Assembly (NCBI GenBank): GCA_964016885.1
Contig: OZ024762.1
Span: 15,190,001 to 15,254,000, forward strand
DNA: 64,000 bases
Reading direction: 5' to 3'
Origin: Eledone cirrhosa
Taxonomy: Eukaryota
In this document: positions 52,418 to 64,000 of the stretch, piece after piece
How positions within the stretch are numbered: the stretch's first letter is position 1
Layout of the letters: the number at the start of each line of letters is the position of its first letter
Position numbers and translations under genes: made by a program
The notes under the pieces: model-generated
Databases searched by the model: none
What the model saw: only the letters and a program-made list of their open reading frames with translations
Told to the model about the DNA's origin: nothing

Positions 52418-54536
52418 CACTTTTACAAGACTCGGATTGTTTTTATATTAAAGGGGGGACATAAACATATTTTAAATGTCGAGGTGGGGCATGGTGCAGA
52501 GAAGGTTTTAAACCACTGATATATATTTATTTATGCCCTTCTTTCTGTTGTTTTTTAAACTCTGAACTCAGCATTTTTCTGTTGTTCTCCGGGATTCTAG
52601 CAAAGTATAGCAATATATATATATATATATATATGGCAGTCAACCTCAGACTCGAAAAAGCCGCCGCTAATCGTGATCGTTGGGGTTATAATTAGACTAA
52701 ACTGCTTCCACTGGGCACCATTAGCTGGTTGTGATCATTGGAGAATTCTTTCTGCGCTGAAAGAGCCTAGGACTAAAAGATATATATATAGATGTCGAAA
52801 CGGCAGTAGCACAGCCGTTGGGGTCCTGAATATTTTCACATCTATATATATGTGTGTATTCTGCGATATTTATAATTACATAAGTAAACATATTTGAATA
52901 ACAAAATTTGAGGTTTAAATACTTTATTTTTTACCAATAACATAGAGAAAGGCATGAACAACACCACATGTTAATTACTTTAATATTGAAAGTGGGCTTA
53001 TAAAATTAAATTCAGCAGATTTTTGTAGCCTTCATGGTGGTCTGGTGGGTGATACCAGAGATGGTGGAGGTCCTGGTCTCGGGTTCAATACTGTTCATAG
53101 GTTACATATAAGGTTTCATGCTTTTTTTTAATATATATCCTCTTTTCTTCTTATCCCTAGATATAAATATATATACATAAGGTAATTTGGTAGAATTGTT
53201 ACAACATCCGATAAAATTCTTTGCAGTATTTTTCCAGTTCTTTACTCCGAGTTCAACTTTACCTTTCTTCCATTCGGTGTCGATAAGTCTTGAATATGTC
53301 TAACGTAGCAACAACTGGAGCTACTTAACCAAGTTTTCCCAACCTAGTTGATATCACCTATCGGTTGGCGATTTAAACTGTTGGCTGGGACAATGACACA
53401 CTAATCAGTCAGATTCCAACTCACTATGTCTGGCATATATTTTATACTTTATATTTCAATGAAGTTCTGTAAGTAACCTGGTGGCTTAGATGGCAATACT
53501 GCTCGAATAGATGGCTTCTATTATGAAGTTATAAGTTCATTCCCTATCCACGATTGTAGAATTAATTTTATTTAGTTATTATTTAATCAATTCTTTTAAC
53601 AAACAAATTATATCTATAAAACGCCAAATATAGTGAGTTCAAATCTGACTGACATGCATGGTATATATTTATGTTTCATTATACAGCGAACTTATAAAGA
53701 TATGTATATATTGTCCAGGAGTTTCGAGTTTAGTGGGAATTGGTACAATTCTCAATTGGAGCTAGTCCCTGCAATATCAGCATAAATAATGTTATACCGT
53801 TTCATGAAATCTTGCACACCCGATATTTTATACATGATTATTTAAAGGTGAACAAAAACCAAAGAACATTGAGCAGCATTTCTCAACCTTTCTACCCATG
53901 TTGATCTCTTGAAATAGTTTTTATGTCTCAGGGAAGCCCTGCATAAAATATACTTTTTCTATCTCTAGAGCAGTGGTTCCCAAATCGTGTGCTGCGAGAT
54001 GAAACTAGATGAGCTGCAAAAGACTAAGATTAAGTTATAAGATGTGAAAAATATAAAACTGAAATTTCATATAAAAGTTCAAATATAGCTACAGCCACAA
54101 ACCTAGGCTCCACACCCCGCAACGCAGAGGAGAGTACGACAGTACCGAGGCCTGACTCACCTCTTCCACTCCATTGAGACCTCTGCCATACTTGGTCCCC
54201 GTACTGCTGATTTCCTCCATAAAGTCGGGAGGAAAGACGGCAGGTGCGACTATTGTAGCAGGTGTTTCTGTTCTTGCTCCGAGGTAACGCTTTTACGTTT
54301 CTTCCACGGGTTGCGGCTGAGGGACCACTTAGACTGGGGTGAAGTGTCTGTCACTCCCCCGACTTCTTATTTCTTTTTTTTCTCCTTTTCATTTTCTTTT
54401 CTCTTCTTGCTTATCTCTGCTATACCACGGCATCAAAAACATATATGATATATGTATGTATGGTATAGGTGTATTTATATTGAGGATAGTTATCGAAGGT
54501 AAATAGACTGGTTGGAGCAATAACAGTTTGTTTATG

Positions 54537-54574
<38 letters not shown>

Positions 54575-54675
54575 TGTTCTTGTATTTCCATAGAAAAGGT
54601 AAAGAAAAGAAGAATGCTCTATGTATTGTACAGAGCTATTTAATTACATAATAAACAACTGAATATAATTATTCC

Positions 54676-56347
54676 ATGCAAATAGACTTAGAATGGAAAA
54701 CATTCAGACAGAGAAGAATGGATAATGGGAATGTAGAAGAATTTCATATTAGTGATATGAATGTTTCGTGTGATCACTGTGGAGCTTTGAAATTTAGAAA
54801 TGAAAATTGTAACTGTGGTAATAAAGGAAAGGTTGTGTTGCCTCCATTGCAAATATACCCTGAGAGACTGAGAAATCTCTTTGAAAGAGACCAGGAAGCA
54901 GTTGATTTCCAGAAACATCTGCAATTAAAACTACATTCATTTCACTTCATTTGGTGTTAAACTTGCCTTACCACCTGGCAGAGGCCCGTATAGCTTTCAT
55001 ATTCAGGGTCAAACATATCACTACACCCCCACTTCTGTAACCTGCAGAAAATACACCACAATATGGCCAGTTATATATTATTGATGGGAATGAAGGTGTG
55101 TAGCACAGATTGGAAGTACCACCAAATAATTGTTTCTGGCATAAGGCCAGCAATTACTGGTACTTTATTCTATCGACCTCATAAGGATGAAAACAAAGTC
55201 AACCTTGGAGGGATTTGAACCCAGAACGTAAAGGGCCATAACCCTATGCTGTAAAGCATGGTGTCTGACGCTCTACCGATACTGCCAATCCACCACCCTA
55301 GTACCAACAAATAATGACTGCTCACCACAAAAAATACTATGATAAGAGAGGTGTTGCATGAATGTAATCCATATGTCGAAGTGTATAATACAATGCATGG
55401 CATCAAACAGCAAAGTGCAAGAAGAGAAAATTGTCGTGTACAGACTGTGAATTAAGATATAGAAGACGATCAGATATGAGCTGCTATAATTTACCAACTA
55501 GTAATGATAGATCTTGTTTTGTGGGGGATTGAGGGCACACCACATGTACAAAGAGATATTATCATCTTTCCTAAAGACCATACTCCTCAGAAAATACCAC
55601 ATAATTCATGCCACTTGGACCTCACGACCGACCCATAATGGTTAATTTTAGTGGCATAGTGACATGGAGAGGAATGCAGGACCTGTGTTTGCAATAGACT
55701 GACAATGCAGGAGTATTACATATACTGTATAGCATATAGAGGAGGATTTAGTGCGATATATAGGGCAGGTAAATTATTTTAGCAGTATTTAGTGGAAGCC
55801 TATATGAAAGTAGAGGGATGCCTATATGAAAGTAGAGGGAAGTAGAGGGATTCAATATTTGAGGAACAATCAAGCCCAATTGTGAGTGGATGAGTATAAT
55901 GGTTTAATGAATTATCTAAACAGATGATAACACTGAGCCTTAAGAAATGAAGACAAGATAAGAAACAGAGAAGACATTGACAAACTCCAATTAAAAGCAG
56001 GATCAATAATAATGCTTCTATGGAATATTTCAATCCAGAACAGATTATGTAATGGCACAAGATTAGAAGTAGTGGAACTGCATAAACATTTTATCGAAGC
56101 TTCTCATATCTATGGTCCTTTGATGGGCAGGTGTGTTTTGATCCCAAGACTGAAGTTAGCCCCCAGTGGTGCCAACATCCCTTTTACTTTGGAAAGACCC
56201 CAGTTTCCATTAAGACTGTCATATGCCATGACAATCAACAAGAACCATGGTCAAATACATGATAAAGTGGGTCTGTTTCTCCCTGAGCAAGTATTTAACC
56301 CTGGACAATTGTATGTTGCTTTTTAAAGAGTTCACAGACAAATGTAA
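54676..56347 (+). mobile_element. Helitron RepHel remnant (units 6/7)
   Basis: ORFs 54676..54960 and 56012..56326. Confidence 0.85.
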
Positions 56348-57106
56348 AAATTAATCCTACCAACCCCACCACTCCTACAACTGTTAGCCCACCCCCAGCA
56401 CCACCCAACCTCTGTTCTAGTCCCACCGTTAGAACCAATTCTGCTTACCCAGCTTCTTTTACTAGTTCACTCACTCCGTCGCTCGAATTTCAAAGCTGGC
56501 CCTCTACACTTGGTCGTTGCCAGGTCACCACCTGATTGTGCTCTCTGTGTCTGCATTAGCCGGTACCTAAACACAATGAAATGTCACCTGTGCTACCAAA
56601 ACTACCACAGGAACTGTGTCGGCATCAGCAAGGCTTCAATACTAGACCTTTAATCAGCGCCACTTTAGCTCCGACGACCAGCTCTCTACCGAGTGTGTGT
56701 TGGTGGAGGGGACATGAGACCAGCAAAGTCGTAGGAGTAGAGACTAGTAAATAATATACGGTCCTAGCTATGTTAAGAATATATATAAGAAACATGTTCT
56801 TTACATTTAAGAAGACAAGAGAAATAAATATTTACCTCTTTCATGTAGGTAATATAGCGGTGTTATAAAACTAATTATACGACCGGTGTAACAGTCGGTA
56901 TAAATGAAAGATGTAGAAATAAAAGTTTTAACAATGACATGAATAAAGATACAGTAATTTAATATGAGCAAGAATAAATATTTAATGGAATTAAATGTAA
57001 TTTAATAAGAAATAAGTAAAAGAATGAATTGCTTAGGTAAAAGAAAAAAGCAAAATGAAGAAACAGAAAATTTGGTTTGTCTTTATAAACCTTATTTAGA
57101 CTAATT

Positions 57107-57685
57107 AATCGGGCTGGAAGAAGTTTATGGAGCTGCTTCCTCTCGTGACAAAGAAGGGTTTCTCCCTGCGTACAAAAGGTTGGTTGTTTGATGCCTGTGT
57201 GAGATGCACAATGTTGCATGGTAGTGAGACATGGGCAGCAACTGCAGAGGATATGCGAAGGCTGGAGAGAAATGAAGCAAACATGCTCCATTGGATGTGC
57301 AATGTCAATGTGCGTGAAAGACCAAGCATGGACGAGTTGAGAGTGAAACTCTATAAGAAGGATAAACTGTAGTGTGCGGGAGAGAAGACTGTGTTAGTAT
57401 GGCCATGCGATGCGTATGCAGGATTACCGCAGGGTGAAGAAGTGCCAAGTAATCCCAGTGGGAGGAAGACGCAGTAGAGGAAGACCAAGCAAGATATGGG
57501 CAGAGGTAGTGAGAGCTGACCTCAGATCGTTGAAGCTCAGAGGAGATGATGAAGGAGAGATGCTGCGCTGAAGAGGATCTGTCCCACCCTTATAAGCAGG
57601 GAAAAGTGGATGTATAATGATGATGATATATATATGTCCCACCCTTGCAAAAAGGAAAAAGCAGACGTAAAATGAAAATGCTGAT
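57107..57685 (+). mobile_element. RTE 3' fragment (unit 7)
   Basis: ORF 57127..57372 and downstream copy. Confidence 0.88.
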
Positions 57686-58658
57686 ATATATAGATAGATA
57701 TGTATATATATATATATATACTTATACGTCATGGTGGCTACAGGTGCCAAGAGGAAGAAGCCGGACAATCCTCTGATATTTGTTTATCTTCCTTTCCTTC
57801 GTGGGCCGCGGTAGCCGGGTTTGTGGCCGAAGCAACCAAGTTGAAATCGGCCACCGGTGGTTGATATCACCAGGTTAGGAAACCCTGGTTTAGTAGCTCC
57901 AGTTATTACTTCGTTAGATATAGTCCGTAATTGAAATTAAAGCCTAAAGGTGTACTAAAGCCACAAACGTTTTTCTATCTATGAATTATTAGTGGTGTAA
58001 ACAGATGAATTAAAGTCAAAGCTAATAAATATATCACCAAGAAGAATATCTAAGGATTTCCAAAGTGTAAAGTCAGCTCAAGCCTGGAGACTTATCAAGC
58101 AGGTGCCTGTCCCAGTTCCTGTAGCGTAAAGGGACTGAGAGTACATGACTTCCCCCTGGACATGATGTCAGTCCATCGCAGGGTTAACACCCCACCTATA
58201 TGAAATGAAGTTTTTGTTCAAGTAAAACAACTAACAACGCAGTCCAGGAATCGAATACATATATGATCGTAAGACCAACACACTTACCACAAGAATTATT
58301 TTAACAAGCCTACATCCTACTGAGCCCAAGAAAGGGGCCTCATAACTAGAACAGGCATCATTTGTCCTAAATACGGAGCTGACTTTACATATAATTATAT
58401 ATATATATATAATTATATATATATATATAGTATGTGTGTGTGTATGAAGATGTATGACCCCCTAGCAAGCCAAACTACAGTTACTCCCCAACATGGACAG
58501 CAAATTAAAATATTACCTGTTAGAGACGAACGTAAAATGATTTGTTAGTGAACTACCGGTGTAACAGTAATTATGTTACCGGTGTAACTATTTCTGTTTA
58601 CCTTATTTTTAAATCACACTCCTATATTAGTTTAGTGACCTTTCAATTCAAATAAATT

Positions 58659-59083
58659 CTTGATGATGAGTGAACTCGCATCGGAGTAGCCCAACGCCTT
58701 GGCCTCCGCGTGTGTGAGCCACATAAATGGTCTCAACGACATAGTGAGAAGAAGCCTGGACGCAGCTGAATTTCCATCTCAACTGGAGCCAGCAGGCCTA
58801 GGCCGCGGAGATGGCAAGCACCCCGAGGGAATCACCCTCTTCCCATTCGAAGGAGGTAGATCCACAAACCCCAGCATCGCAGCCCGTCTCGCAGATGAAC
58901 ATAAAATAAACAAATTCCGGTGTTTGTCCTGGAGCTTCTTCTACGCACCAGCCGCTGTCGAGACCCCCAGGCCTACTTGGACCCATTACAGCCGAGCTCC
59001 TCCGCAACATCGGAGTGTCTGTGGCCCGTCTGAAGATGAAGTGCCACGAGGTTGGATGGTTGTTGCAGCAGGTGTCACTGCCC
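58659..59083 (+). mobile_element. CRE-like RLE fragment (unit 7)
   Basis: ORF 58699..59136. Confidence 0.78.
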
Positions 59084-59301
59084 TTACATATATATACGTA
59101 AATGTTCCCTTGACTGCTATTTCTAGCATATATTAATAGACACTTTAGAAACAGCAGCTAAAAATCAGGAAACAACAGTGGGTGTCTGTATATATATACA
59201 CAGAGAGAAAAAGAGAGAGAGAGAGATAGAGAGAGCAGCCAAAGACACACACACACGCACATACAGACAGGTGTATGTATATATATGTGTGTGTCTTTGC
59301 G

Positions 59302-59357
<56 letters not shown>

Positions 59358-59474
59358 CAGTGATCCCCTTCGCAACCTTTAATTAAACAAACCTGCGATG
59401 AGGCGATGATCAAAATAACCACCAAAATGTCAACAAACGGATACACGATAACATGTGTAGACGAAGTAAAACTT

Positions 59475-60062
59475 TTATTACTGTAATATAAAGTAGAAAC
59501 CCTTTATTTAAACAAAGCTGCGATGCAGCAATGATCAAAAGAAACTTCAAAATGTAAACAAACTTCTCGTAGGTGCTGCCAGATACACGATAACATGTGT
59601 ATACGAAGTGTATCTGGAAGTTTGGTCGTATTATATCGCTTTCAAATTGACCCCTATTATATTCAAATTATCCCCTGTGGGGCGTGCACCCCACGTTGAG
59701 AATCCCTCATAAATAAATATATGTGAGTGTGTTGCTATGACTGCTATTTCTAGCAGGTTTACTGCTGTCCTGTAGACGCACAACAAAAACCGGAAGTGGC
59801 AGCCATTAAAAAACTTTGGCTTAAAATCAGGCAAAAGTTTTTTAACAATTTGCCAAGAAAGATAACTGTTGTCTTACTTAATCGCAAAAATCGAGGCAAA
59901 AATTTTGCGGGTGTGCAGTTTGTTTGGTGTATTTGACTGCTATTTCTAGCATGTATGGACGCTTTAGAAATAGCAGCGAAACACGGAAAACAGCAGAAAG
60001 AAGGACACACACCTATATATATATATATATATAGGTGTGTGTCCTTCTTTCTGCTGTATATA

Positions 60063-60120
<58 letters not shown>

Positions 60121-61015
60121 CCAGGTATACACTCACCCATACATATACGCGTGTATATATATATAAATATATATATTTAAATGTATATATATCTGTGCAT
60201 ATATGTATATGTATATATGTATATATATATATATATATATACAGATACATAATTATATATATATATATACGTGTGTGTCCTTCTTTCTATTGTTTTCCGT
60301 GTTTCGCTGCTATTTCAAAAGCGTCCATACATGCTAGAAATAGCAGTCGAATACACCAAACAAACTGCACACCCGCAAAATTTTTGCCTCGATTTTTGCG
60401 ATTAAGTAAGACAAGAGTTATCTTTCTTGGCAAATTGTTAAAAAACTTTTGCCTGATTTTAAGCCAAAGTTTTTTAATGGCTGCCACTTCCGGTTTTCGT
60501 TGTGCGTCTACAGGACAGCAGTAAACCTGCTAGAAATAGCAGTCAAATACACCAAACAAACTGCACACCCGCAAAATTTTTGCCTCGATTTTTGCGATTA
60601 AGTAAGACAACAGTTATCTTTCTTGGCAAAACAGCCTGGTTTGTTAAAAAAATTTTGCCTGATTTTAAGCCAAAGTTTTTTAATGGCTGCCACTTCCGGT
60701 TTTCGTTGTGCGTCTACAGGACAGCAGTAAACCTGCTAGAAATAGCAGTCATAGCAACACACTCACATATATTTATTTATGAGGAATTCTCAACGTGGGG
60801 TGCACGCCCCACAGGGGATAATTTGAATATAATAGGGGTCAATTTGAAAGTGATATAATACGACCAAACTTCCAGATCCACTTCGTATACACATGTTATC
60901 GTGTATCTGGCAGCACCTTGCGAGAAGTTTGTTTACATTTTGGGGTTTGCTCTGATCATCGCTGCATCGCAGCTTTGTTTAAATAAAGGGTTTCTACTTT
61001 ATATTACAGTAATAA
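59475..61015. repeat. Long inverted repeat (unit 7)
   Basis: Same arms as unit 1. Confidence 0.95.
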
Positions 61016-63156
61016 CACTTTTACAAGACTCGGATTGTTTTTATATTAAAGGGGGGACATAAACATATTTTAAATGTCGAGGTGGGGCATGGTGCAGAGA
61101 AGGTTTTAAACCACTGATATATATTTATTTATGCCCTTCTTTCTGTTGTTTTTTAAACTCTGAACTCAGCATTTTTCTGTTGTTCTCCGGGATTCTAGCA
61201 AAGTATAACAATATATATATATATATATATATATATGGCAGTCAACCTCAGACTCGAAAAAGCCGCCGCTAATCGTGATCGTTGGGGTTATAATTAGACT
61301 AAAGTGCTTCCACTGGGCACCATTAGCTGGTTGTGATCATTGGAGAATTCTTTCTGCGCTGAAAGAGCCTAGGACTAAAAGATATATATATAGATGTCGA
61401 AACGGCAATAGCACAGCCGTTGGGGTCCTGAATATTTTCACATCTATATATATGTGTGTATTCTGCGATATTTATAATTACATAAGTAAGCATATTTGAA
61501 TAACAAAATTTGAGGTTTAAATACTTTATTTTTTACCAATAACATACAGAAAGGCATGAATAACACCACATGTTAATTACTTTAATATTGAAAGTGGGCT
61601 TATAAATATTAAATTCAGCAGATTTTTGTAGCCTTCATGGTGGTCTGGTGGGTGATACCAGAGATGGTGGAGGTCCTGGTCTCGGGTTCAATACTGTTCA
61701 TGGGATACGTATAAGGCTTCATGCTTTTTTTTTTTTTTTTTTTTTTTCTTATATATATCCTCTTTTCTTCTTATCCCTAGATATAAATATATATACATAA
61801 GGTAATTTGGTAGAATTGTTACAACATCCGATAAAATTCTTTGCAGTATTTTTCCAGTTCTTTACTCCGAGTTCAACTTTACCTTTCTTCCATTCGGTGT
61901 CGATAAGTCTTGAATATGTCTAACGTAGCAATAACTGGAGCTACTTAACCAAGTTTTCCCAACCTAGTTGATATCACCTATCGGTTGGCGATTTAAACTG
62001 TTGGCTGGGACAATGACACACTAATCAGTCAGATTCCAACTCACTATGTCTGGCATATATTTTATACTTTATATTTCAATGAAGTTCTGTAAGTAACCTG
62101 GTGGCTTAGATGGCAATACTGCTCGAATAGATGGCTTCTATTATGAAGTTATAAGTTCATTCCCTATCCACGATTGTAGAATTAATTTTATTTAGTTATT
62201 ATTTAATCAATTCTTTTAACAAACAAATTATATCTATAAAACGCCAAATATAGTGAGTTCAAATCTGACTGACATGCATGGTATATATTTATGTTTCATT
62301 ATACAGCGAACTTATAAAGATATGTATATATTGTCCAGGAGTTTCGAGTTTAGTGGGAATTGGTACAATTCTCAATTGGAGCTAGTCCCTGCAATATCAG
62401 CATAAATAATGTTATACCGTTTCATGAAATCTTGCACACCCGATATTTTATACATGATTATTTAAAGGTGAACAAAAACCAAAGAACATTGAGCAGCATT
62501 TCTCAACCTTTCTACCCATGTTGATCTCTTGAAATAGTTTTTATGTCTCAGGGAAGCCCTGCATAAAATATACTTTTTCTATCTCTAGAGCAGTGGTTCC
62601 CAAATCGTGTGCTGCGAGATGAAACTAGATGAGCTGCAAAAGACTAAGATTAAGTTATAAGATGTGAAAAATATAAAACTGAAATTTCATATAAAAGTTC
62701 AAATATAGCTACAGCCACAAACCTAGGCTCCACACCCCGCAACGCAGAGGAGAGTACGACAGTACCGAGGCCTGACTCACCTCTTCCACTCCATTGAGAC
62801 CTCTGCCATACTTGGTCCCCGTACTGCTGATTTCCTCCATAAAGTCGGGAGGAAAGACGGCAGGTGCGACTATTGTAGCAGGTGTTTCTGTTCTTGCTCC
62901 GAGGTAACGCTTTTACGTTTCTTCCACGGGTTGCGGCTGAGGGACCACTTAGACTGGGGTGAAGTGTCTGTCACTCCCCCGACTTCTTATTTCTTTTTTT
63001 TCTCCTTTTCATTTTCTTTTCTCTTCTTGCTTATCTCTGCTATACCACGGCATCAAAAACATATATGATATATGTATGTATGGTATAGGTGTATTTATAT
63101 TGAGGATAGTTATCGAAGGTAAATAGACTGGTTGGAGCAATAACAGTTTGTTTATG

Positions 63157-63194
<38 letters not shown>

Positions 63195-63295
63195 TGTTCT
63201 TGTATTTCCATAGAAAAGGTAAAGAAAAGAAGAATGCTCTATGTATTGTACAGAGCTATTTAATTACATAATAAACAACTGAATATAATTATTCC

Positions 63296-64000
63296 ATGCA
63301 AATAGACTTAGAATGGAAAACATTCAGACAGAGAAGAATGGATAATGGGAATGTAGAAGAATTTCATATTAGTGATATGAATGTTTCGTGTGATCACTGT
63401 GGAGCTTTGAAATTTAGAAATGAAAATTGTAACTGTGGTAATAAAGGAAAGGTTGTGTTGCCTCCATTGCAAATATACCCTGAGAGACTGAGAAATCTCT
63501 TTGAAAGAGACCAGGAAGCAGTTGATTTCCAGAAACATCTGCAATTAAAACTACATTCATTTCACTTCATTTGGTGTTAAACTTGCCTTACCACCTGGCA
63601 GAGGCCCGTATAGCTTTCATATTCAGGGTCAAACATATCACTACACCCCCACTTCTGTAACCTGCAGAAAATACACCACAATATGGCCAGTTATATATTA
63701 TTGATGGGAATGAAGGTGTGTAGCACAGATTGGAAGTACCACCAAATAATTGTTTCTGGCATAAGGCCAGCAATTACTGGTACTTTATTCTATCGACCTC
63801 ATAAGGATGAAAACAAAGTCAACCTTGGAGGGATTTGAACCCAGAACGTAAAGGGCCATAACCCTATGCTGTAAAGCATGGTGTCTGACGCTCTACCGAT
63901 ACTGCCAATCCACCACCCTAGTACCAACAAATAATGACTGCTCACCACAAAAAATACTATGATAAGAGAGGTGTTGCATGAATGTAATCCATATGTCGAA
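63296..64000 (+). mobile_element. Helitron remnant, upstream part, cut by the window end
   Basis: ORF 63296..63580 and the nested SINE. Confidence 0.85.

Larger units (their letters stand above)
46947..55544. repeat. Repeat unit 6 (8598 bp)
   Basis: Anchor to anchor. Confidence 0.92.
55545..64000. repeat. Repeat unit 7 (nearly complete; cut by the window end)
   Basis: Anchor to window end. Shares diagnostic alleles with unit 6. Confidence 0.92.

Noticed and set aside
46947-64000. Array as a pure assembly duplication artefact
   Set aside because: Units differ by unit-specific indels, substitutions and microsatellite lengths (even 6 versus 7), which argues for real copies, though read-level confirmation is still needed.

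Overview
Eukaryotic (animal) repeat-rich DNA. The SINE and RTE families and the dense (TA)n/(CA)n microsatellites look like an octopus/cephalopod genome (inference from recalled repeat motifs, not a search). The window is a head-to-tail tandem array of a ~8.6 kb composite unit, with seven units starting at about 2023, 10645, 22025, 29941, 38487, 46947 and 55545. I find no intact protein-coding gene and no recognisable rRNA, snRNA or histone gene. Each unit is a patchwork of dead mobile elements: an internally deleted Helitron (Zn-finger/Rep N-terminal part fused to a Pif1-helicase C-terminus, with a SINE inserted between 16-bp target duplications), a truncated PHD-finger fragment, an RTE LINE 3' fragment, three CRE-like restriction-endonuclease fragments, tRNA-derived SINEs, MITE-like pieces and two tRNA-like remnants. 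At the centre of each unit is a ~1.5 kb inverted repeat (~540 bp arms) with nested hairpins. Two units carry the same 5'-truncated RTE LINE (2.95 kb where complete) at the same junction, which replaced 190 bp of the Helitron. The most notable signals are the amplified giant hairpin, alleles shared between its left and right arms, mosaic ancestry of the units, and a deletion that removes one arm. Any function for the array is a hypothesis.
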